A stretch of DNA of 64,000 bases from Lewinellaceae bacterium (GTDB lineage Bacteria; Bacteroidota; Bacteroidia; Chitinophagales; Saprospiraceae), in contig JADJWX010000028.1 of NCBI GenBank assembly GCA_016716135.1, positions 160,487 through 224,486 on the forward strand. Direction: 5' to 3'. The notes beneath the pieces were generated by a model. The model saw nothing but the letters and a program-made list of their open reading frames with translations, had not been told where the DNA came from and ran no database searches. Position numbers and translations under genes: made by a program. Of this stretch, positions 58,966 through 64,000 are shown piece after piece (positions within the stretch are counted from its first letter, which is position 1; each line of letters begins with the position of its first letter).

Positions 58966-60194
58966 TCAGCCTTTTTCGCCCAGACCTTTCGCCTCCTCAT
59001 TTCCAGTAAATATAGCATTCGCCAGTCCGTGAAATTCATACAGAAAATGCAGCTTCCGTAAATCGGTAAACTGGGTTAAAAAGACACCGTAAACGCCGGT
59101 ATCCGGATTCAGGAAAAAATATGTGAAGGCAGCGCCAGGCCAGAAACAATCGCCCTTGCGGCCGCCGTAATCCGTGTCTTCCACCAATACGCCAAAGCCC
59201 AGACCGAAGCCCTGCCCGGGTGTGGAAATGTTGCCTACCTGCAACGGAATTTGACTTTCTGGCAGACGATTTTGCAGCATTCGGCTTAGCGATTCCGGTT
59301 TCAGATACCGTTTCCCATCCCATTCGCCGCCGTTCACCAGCATTTTTACAAAACGGGAATAATCCGACAGCGTGGATACCAATCCGGTGTTCCCACGCGG
59401 AAAAATGGTACCCAGCACATTCGGACTCTCTTCCGGCGCCCGGCGCAGCTTCAGGTCGGCACCGTACATGGCCGCCACGCGATCCGTTTTTTCCGGAGGC
59501 ACTTTAAACCCCGTATCGGTCATGCCCAAGGGGCCGAACAAGCGGGTGTGTAAAAACTGATCGATCGGCATGCCGGAGGCCTGCTCGACCAAAAGCGCCA
59601 GCACGTCGGTGCTGTAGCCATAAGTCCAGCGGTCACCCGGGTGATGTGCCAGGGAAGTTCACCCAGAATTTGTACCAATTCGTCCAGCGAAGCCGGATTT
59701 TCCGCAAATGCTTCCCGGTAGGCGGCGCCTGTAGGCGAGGCGTCGAAATCACCCGAGGTGATGCCGCTGGTGTGCATAAACAAATCGCGCACGGTAATTG
59801 GCCGCCGCGGTGGCACGGTGCCCTGCACTGCGTCAAAAACATGCGTATTGATAAACGCAGGCAGGTACCGTCCAACCGGGTCGTCCAATTTGAATTTCCC
59901 CTCTTCCACCAACATCATGGCCGCGACACTCACGATAGGTTTCGTCATCGAAGCCATGCTGAAAAGTGTATTCAACCGCATCGGGCGCTGCCGTTCCCGG
60001 TCGGCCATGCCGTACACATCGGTGTATATCAGCGGGCCTTCCGCTACCATCATGACGGTACCGGCTAGTTGGCCGCTGTCGACCAGTTGGTGAAAATGCC
60101 TGGTTAGGGCTTCAAATTTTTCACCCTGACGTTGGGCATGGGCCGGCGCAAGCGCCCAGAAAATGGCGAGGATTAAGGGAAGTATTGTTTTCAT
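58966..60194 (-). CDS. Serine hydrolase (class C beta-lactamase / PBP4-like family), with an apparent 1-nt frameshift at 59652-59654
   Basis: The signal peptide is MKTILPLILAIFWALAPAHA and the SxxK motif is SMASMTKP. The two ORFs join as ...ILGELP|LAHHPGDRWTYGYSTDVLALLVEQASG if one C is added to a C3 run. Confidence 0.8.
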
Positions 60195-60310
60195 AGCGCA
60201 ATTCTTGTTTATGTACTGGCTTGCAGTGTACACAAAAGTACCGCCGGCTCCATGTTGCAGGAATGTGTACATTTGCCATTAAACAGGGGCATTTGTGCCA
60301 AAAACGATTT

Positions 60311-61090
60311 ATGCGAAAAATTGCCATTCTGGTACCCAAGGGTGAAGTGATGCCCTCGGCAGTAGTAGGCGCTTATCTGTTACTGAAACAGGTAAATGAA
60401 CAACTCGCCAGTATGGGACAGCCGCCCGCTTTTGAGGTTGAATTGGTGGGGCATTCGGTGCACAACCGGCTGTATGACGGTGCGATCTCGGTAAAAACCC
60501 ACCGGCATTACGCCCGTGCCGGCGGCTACGATCTGATCATCGTGCCGGGTTTTATTTGCGAAATGGAGGCGCCCATACGCGAAAATGCCGGGCTCATCAA
60601 CTGGATGCACCGGCAATACACCGAACACGGCACCGAACTGGGCAGCATGTGTACGGGGGTTTTCCTGATCGCGGCCACCGGCCTGCTCGACGGCCGAAAA
60701 TGCACCACCCACTGGGCTTTCGAACAAGCATTCCGGCAAACCTTCCCAAAAGCCAACCTCCAGCCGGAACATATCGTGATCGACGACAACGGCCTGTACA
60801 CCAGTGGCGGCGCCTATTCCTCCCTGAATTTGATTCTTTACCTGGTTGAAAAATTTTGTGGAAAAGACCTTGCCGTTTGGGCCTCGAAGGTGTTTCAAAT
60901 CGACCTTGACCGGCGTTCGCAAAAACGCTTTGCGATTTTTCAGCAACAAAAAATCCATGTGGACGACCCCGTTACACGGGGTATGCGCCGAGCGTGTACC
61001 GGAGCCGGTACCAGCGTTGACTACGAGTATCCTCAACGCACTACAAACCGGCCGCTCGACCGCAGCTTTCCGGAGGCGGTGTGCCCCTGA
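60311..61090 (+). CDS. DJ-1/PfpI domain protein (GlxA-like) with a missing or degraded AraC-type HTH domain
   Basis: It contains MRKIAILVPKGEVMPSAVVGAY...DLIIVPGF...GSMCTGVFLIAATGLLDGRKCTTHW (nucleophile elbow). The ~100 aa of HTH expected after ...FQQQKIHVDD is absent. The frame tail overlaps the convergent T9SS gene by 58 nt. Confidence 0.6.
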   Translation: MRKIAILVPKGEVMPSAVVGAYLLLKQVNEQLASMGQPPAFEVELVGHSVHNRLYDGAISVKTHRHYARAGGYDLIIVPGFICEMEAPIRENAGLINWMHRQYTEHGTELGSMCTGVFLIAATGLLDGRKCTTHWAFEQAFRQTFPKANLQPEHIVIDDNGLYTSGGAYSSLNLILYLVEKFCGKDLAVWASKVFQIDLDRRSQKRFAIFQQQKIHVDDPVTRGMRRACTGAGTSVDYEYPQRTTNRPLDRSFPEAVCP

Positions 61091-63621
61091 ACAAAATAAA
61101 TGCCCGCAGGTAAATCCAATTCGAGAACCAGTTGGTTCTCAGGCATTTCACGGGTGAGCAATAGCCGCCCTTGCGCACTAAACACCTGAATTTGAACCGG
61201 TTGGTGCTCGGAATGGTCCCATTCCAAAATCATCCGGTTTTCAACCGGGTTGGGGGAAATCCGAAGCAGCTGATTTTCTTGTTTCCCGTTATCGGCCCGG
61301 CTCTGCGACGCGGCATCACTTTCCGGCGGGCAATTGAACGTATTCAGGTGCGCTTCCGTGAACGGTTGTCCTTGCAACCGCACCACACTGTTGAAATAGC
61401 CGGGGGTACTGAAAGGCGGAAGCGTAACCGTAAAAACGTCCGATTCACCATTCTTTATGCCGGTAGCCTGCGGTTCGAACCGGATGGAGTACAGCGGGCT
61501 GTAATTCGGATTGCGAATCGCGTATTGCCGGCCGCCGGGGGTTGTATAGATATCGCTTCCCGTAGGTGCGACGGCAACCACGCCTTTGGGCAATTGAAAG
61601 GCAACGTATACCAGGGGTTGCGAGCAGTTATTTTGTATCCGGAAATGATAGCTGCGGCGGTTTGCAACATCGATTGAAATGCGAAGCAACTCGAAGTGGA
61701 TGCAGCCATTTGTCTTTTCGTCGCACGGGTGCGCATCATCAACCGAAATACGAAGTTGAAAACAACAGGCAGACTGGTTACCGCAGCTGTCCTGCACTTC
61801 AAAACAAAGCGTATGATCGCCCGGCACGAATGCGCTGCCGCTGGGCAAACCCTGTGTCTGAACAAGCTGTATTCCCGGGCAAACACAAGTGCTCCATACA
61901 TCCGGTTCCGGGTATGTAACCGGCGCCGACAACGTGCCAAAAGGTATCTGGATAAGGCTGTCGGGCGGGCAATTTGCAACGATGGCTGACGGCGCACTCA
62001 ATACCGTATGTTCCACAATGTAGGTTGCCAATGTATCGCACAGGCCGGTTGCAGACGGGATCAGGTGGGTGTATGTTCCGGGCTGGGTATAGGTGACGCC
62101 ATTGAGGGTTACGGAATCGCCCGGGCAGAAATAGACGGTCTTTTCAAGTTTCGGATTGATCCCGGTCCGGATGTTGTACACCAGGTTGGTATCGCAGTTC
62201 GGGCCGGCAACCGTTGTGTTTACAAAGCCCGGGCTTGTATAGACTTTTCCGTCAACAACAAAAGAATCACCCGGACAAAGAAAAATCTCCTGATAACCCG
62301 GCACCGGCGGGCAATAATCCAGTTTGGTTAGGCTGCCGGACACCTGGGGCAGGTTCACGTTCCAGGTGGTGTCGAAGTTTACCTGCATCATATCGGCCGT
62401 CGATACCGTGATCGGCAGATGGCTGGCTGCCGTGCTCACCGATTGTGCGCAGCATTGTGTCACCAGGCCGTTCGCATCCGTTTTAACGACTAAAATACTG
62501 GCCGGTTGGCCCGGGAAAATTACCGCACCGGCAGCGATGATCCCGCCATCCGGCGCTTCGATTGCCGTTGTGAAATAATCGGTTCCGTCCAAAGCATACT
62601 CGTACGACCACAATACCGCCCCGTCGGCACTGATTTTTACCAGGGTGGGATCGAGGTTTGCATTCTGTGGTTCGTTCCGGCGTGGAACCAGGAGGAAGTT
62701 GCCGTCCGACAAAGGGGCGATCGGCCCGTACCCGACATTGGGATAGGTTTTTGCCCACACCAGGTCGCCGGTGCGGCCAGTGCGGCAAACCAGTTGGATG
62801 GATTTTGAATTGCCGGGCGGATAAGCGGCCCCGGCCGCCATCCAGCCGCCGTCCGGCGCCGCTGTGATCGAATGCAGTGCAGTTTCATAATCGGCCGGGC
62901 CGTCGTATGCATGATGGTACAGGATGTTGCCGCTTGCCGCATCGAACAGGTTGAAGGCGGCGAATGTATCCCTGCGGCCAACGGCGAAAATGGTGTCGCC
63001 GATGATAGAAAATGCATGAAACCTGGGATTTTCGCCCCAGTAAAACATACACCGTTTTGACCACACGGTGTTCCCCTGATTGTCGATCCGGATCAGCACG
63101 GCATGACTATCGCCCTGCGACGAACGGCCGGAGATGATGTAACCACCGGGAACAGCCCTGACCCAATCGCCGGTGTTGCGCCGGCCGCTCAGGTAACTGG
63201 GTATGACCTGTTGCCACTGGATCATGCCGTCGGCGTCGGTTTTGACCACCAGTATTTCTCCGTTTCCCATCGAGTTTACCCCATGCAATTCGCCCATTGC
63301 CAGGTAGCCGCCGTCGTTGGCTTCGATAACCGTGCGAAACCCCGCCTGAAAAGCCGGCCCGTAATGCCGGAGCCAAACGAGGTCGCCTGCCGTATCGATT
63401 TTCATCAGAAAGGGTTTGTATTGCGGGCCGGGGAGGTTAATACTGGTGTTTGAGGAGCCTGCCAAAACGTAGCCGCCGGCAGTAGAGAGGATAGCGGCGG
63501 CATCTATGGCAATGTCGGCGGCGCCAAAAGCGCGCTGAAAGGTTTGTTGGCCGGAAAGCAAAGTTGCCGCCAGGCAAACCCAAAGGCAGGAAACAAACAG
63601 GCGTAAGGATGTAAATTCCAT
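61033..63621 (-). CDS. T9SS-secreted protein with N-terminal propeller-like repeats, a HYR-like domain and a C-terminal sorting domain
   Basis: The signal peptide from the ATG at 63621 is MEFTSLRLFVSCLWVCLAATLLSGQQ. The HYR-like block is CPPDSLIQIPFGTLSAPVTYPEPDVWSTCVCPGIQLVQTQGLPSGSAFVPGDHTLCFEVQDSCGNQSACCF. The C-terminal domain is ISPNPVENRMILEW...LPAGIYFVQGHTASGKLRSSGRFVVR. Confidence 0.8.
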   Translation of the reverse strand: MEFTSLRLFVSCLWVCLAATLLSGQQTFQRAFGAADIAIDAAAILSTAGGYVLAGSSNTSINLPGPQYKPFLMKIDTAGDLVWLRHYGPAFQAGFRTVIEANDGGYLAMGELHGVNSMGNGEILVVKTDADGMIQWQQVIPSYLSGRRNTGDWVRAVPGGYIISGRSSQGDSHAVLIRIDNQGNTVWSKRCMFYWGENPRFHAFSIIGDTIFAVGRRDTFAAFNLFDAASGNILYHHAYDGPADYETALHSITAAPDGGWMAAGAAYPPGNSKSIQLVCRTGRTGDLVWAKTYPNVGYGPIAPLSDGNFLLVPRRNEPQNANLDPTLVKISADGAVLWSYEYALDGTDYFTTAIEAPDGGIIAAGAVIFPGQPASILVVKTDANGLVTQCCAQSVSTAASHLPITVSTADMMQVNFDTTWNVNLPQVSGSLTKLDYCPPVPGYQEIFLCPGDSFVVDGKVYTSPGFVNTTVAGPNCDTNLVYNIRTGINPKLEKTVYFCPGDSVTLNGVTYTQPGTYTHLIPSATGLCDTLATYIVEHTVLSAPSAIVANCPPDSLIQIPFGTLSAPVTYPEPDVWSTCVCPGIQLVQTQGLPSGSAFVPGDHTLCFEVQDSCGNQSACCFQLRISVDDAHPCDEKTNGCIHFELLRISIDVANRRSYHFRIQNNCSQPLVYVAFQLPKGVVAVAPTGSDIYTTPGGRQYAIRNPNYSPLYSIRFEPQATGIKNGESDVFTVTLPPFSTPGYFNSVVRLQGQPFTEAHLNTFNCPPESDAASQSRADNGKQENQLLRISPNPVENRMILEWDHSEHQPVQIQVFSAQGRLLLTREMPENQLVLELDLPAGIYFVQGHTASGKLRSSGRFVVR

Positions 63622-63720
63622 CGGAATCGGGTGTGGTGAAAAACTTGCCAAAGTTGCCGGCAAATTCGATCATTTGGAATATTTAAGACCGGCTGTGTCG
63701 GATGGGGGACGTTTGCTTTA

Positions 63721-63823
63721 CAGTTTCACAGAGGCTCACAGAGGAACGGAGGCACACGGAGGTTTTTTGTTTTGTAGAACTCAGTTTCACGGAGGCTCAC
63801 AGAGGAACGGAGGAGCACAGAGG
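63721..63823. repeat. Two copies of a 42-nt purine-rich direct repeat (period 61 bp) built from CACAGAGG/ACGGAGG octamers
   Basis: cagtttcacagaggctcacagaggaacggaggcacacggagg (63721-63762) and cagtttcacggaggctcacagaggaacggaggagcacagagg (63782-63823). Confidence 0.8.
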
Positions 63824-63826
63824 GGA

Positions 63827-64000
63827 TTAGTTTTTGCTGTCCAATGCCTTTTGCGTTTGCGCAACCAGGCGTTCCAGGTTTTCCTTGCGGCGCGGCGAAT
63901 CGGCCAGCGCCAGCGCTTGCCGGTAATGTTTCAGCGCAGCGGCATGATCCCCAAGGGCCGAATAGCCGCGACCAAGGCCCAACTGGGTGATGAACAGATC
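63827..64000 (-). CDS. C-terminal end of a TPR-repeat protein (partial, runs off the right edge)
   Basis: Reverse translation gives ...ITQLGLGRGYSALGDHAAALKHYRQALALADSPRRKENLERLVAQTQKALDSKN followed by a stop. This is a TPR-like A..A...Y..AL pattern. Confidence 0.55.
   Translation of the reverse strand, partial: DLFITQLGLGRGYSALGDHAAALKHYRQALALADSPRRKENLERLVAQTQKALDSKN

Noticed and set aside
63721-63823. Possible CRISPR array
   Set aside because: There are only two imperfect repeats. The intervening 19 nt is too short for a spacer, the repeats are internally repetitive, and no cas genes or further units are present. No CRISPR array is evident anywhere in the window.

Overview
The window is a 64 kb chromosomal segment of about 55% GC. 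It is almost certainly from a Bacteroidota genome, based on a SusC/SusD pair, three cargo proteins with type IX secretion (T9SS) C-terminal sorting domains, TAnnTTTG -7 promoter boxes and a Bacteroidota-style extended ClpP. I cannot place it below phylum. Gene density is high and most genes are housekeeping or ordinary accessory metabolism. In order they are: ileS (partial), an ABC ATPase with a permease-M1 peptidase fusion, lpxD, pabB, yigZ, clpX-clpP-tig, tRNA-Leu, a RelA/SpoT homologue, nadD, rbfA, tRNA-Lys, a SusCD locus, cinA, recX and a DEAD-box helicase.

The most unusual feature is a 577 bp insertion at 11119-11695. It sits in frame inside a 1283-codon nuclease-helicase gene, about 10 codons upstream of the Walker A motif. 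It encodes a DUF559 (Vsr-like) endonuclease domain. It is bounded by 39 nt terminal inverted repeats that are identical except in a 3 nt hairpin loop. These repeats have no stop codon in any of the six frames, and each contains a canonical G-quadruplex motif. A related copy of the same repeat lies in frame inside ileS at the left edge of the window. I read this as a coding-region-tolerant mobile element family, comparable to Rickettsia palindromic elements but with an endonuclease-bearing member.

Other leads:
- A Gly-Gly-leader peptide gene sits beside a receiver-less LytTR protein and a 515 aa all-alpha protein.
- A three-gene operon encodes an ILVBL/2-hydroxyacyl-CoA-lyase-like ThDP enzyme, a CoA-transferase and an SDR.
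- The SusCD locus is flanked only by redox enzymes, with no glycoside hydrolase in view.
- A 1362 aa T9SS protein carries a duplicated nine-cysteine module that I do not recognise.
- Two MITE-like palindromic elements lie in intergenic regions.
- A low-GC island holds a decayed DUF5131 cassette.

Caveat: at least five otherwise intact genes are broken by single-base indels in short same-base runs (two to six bases), so the assembly probably carries sequencing indel errors. Frameshift-based pseudogene calls here should therefore be distrusted. All protein identities come from motif recognition by eye, not from database searches.
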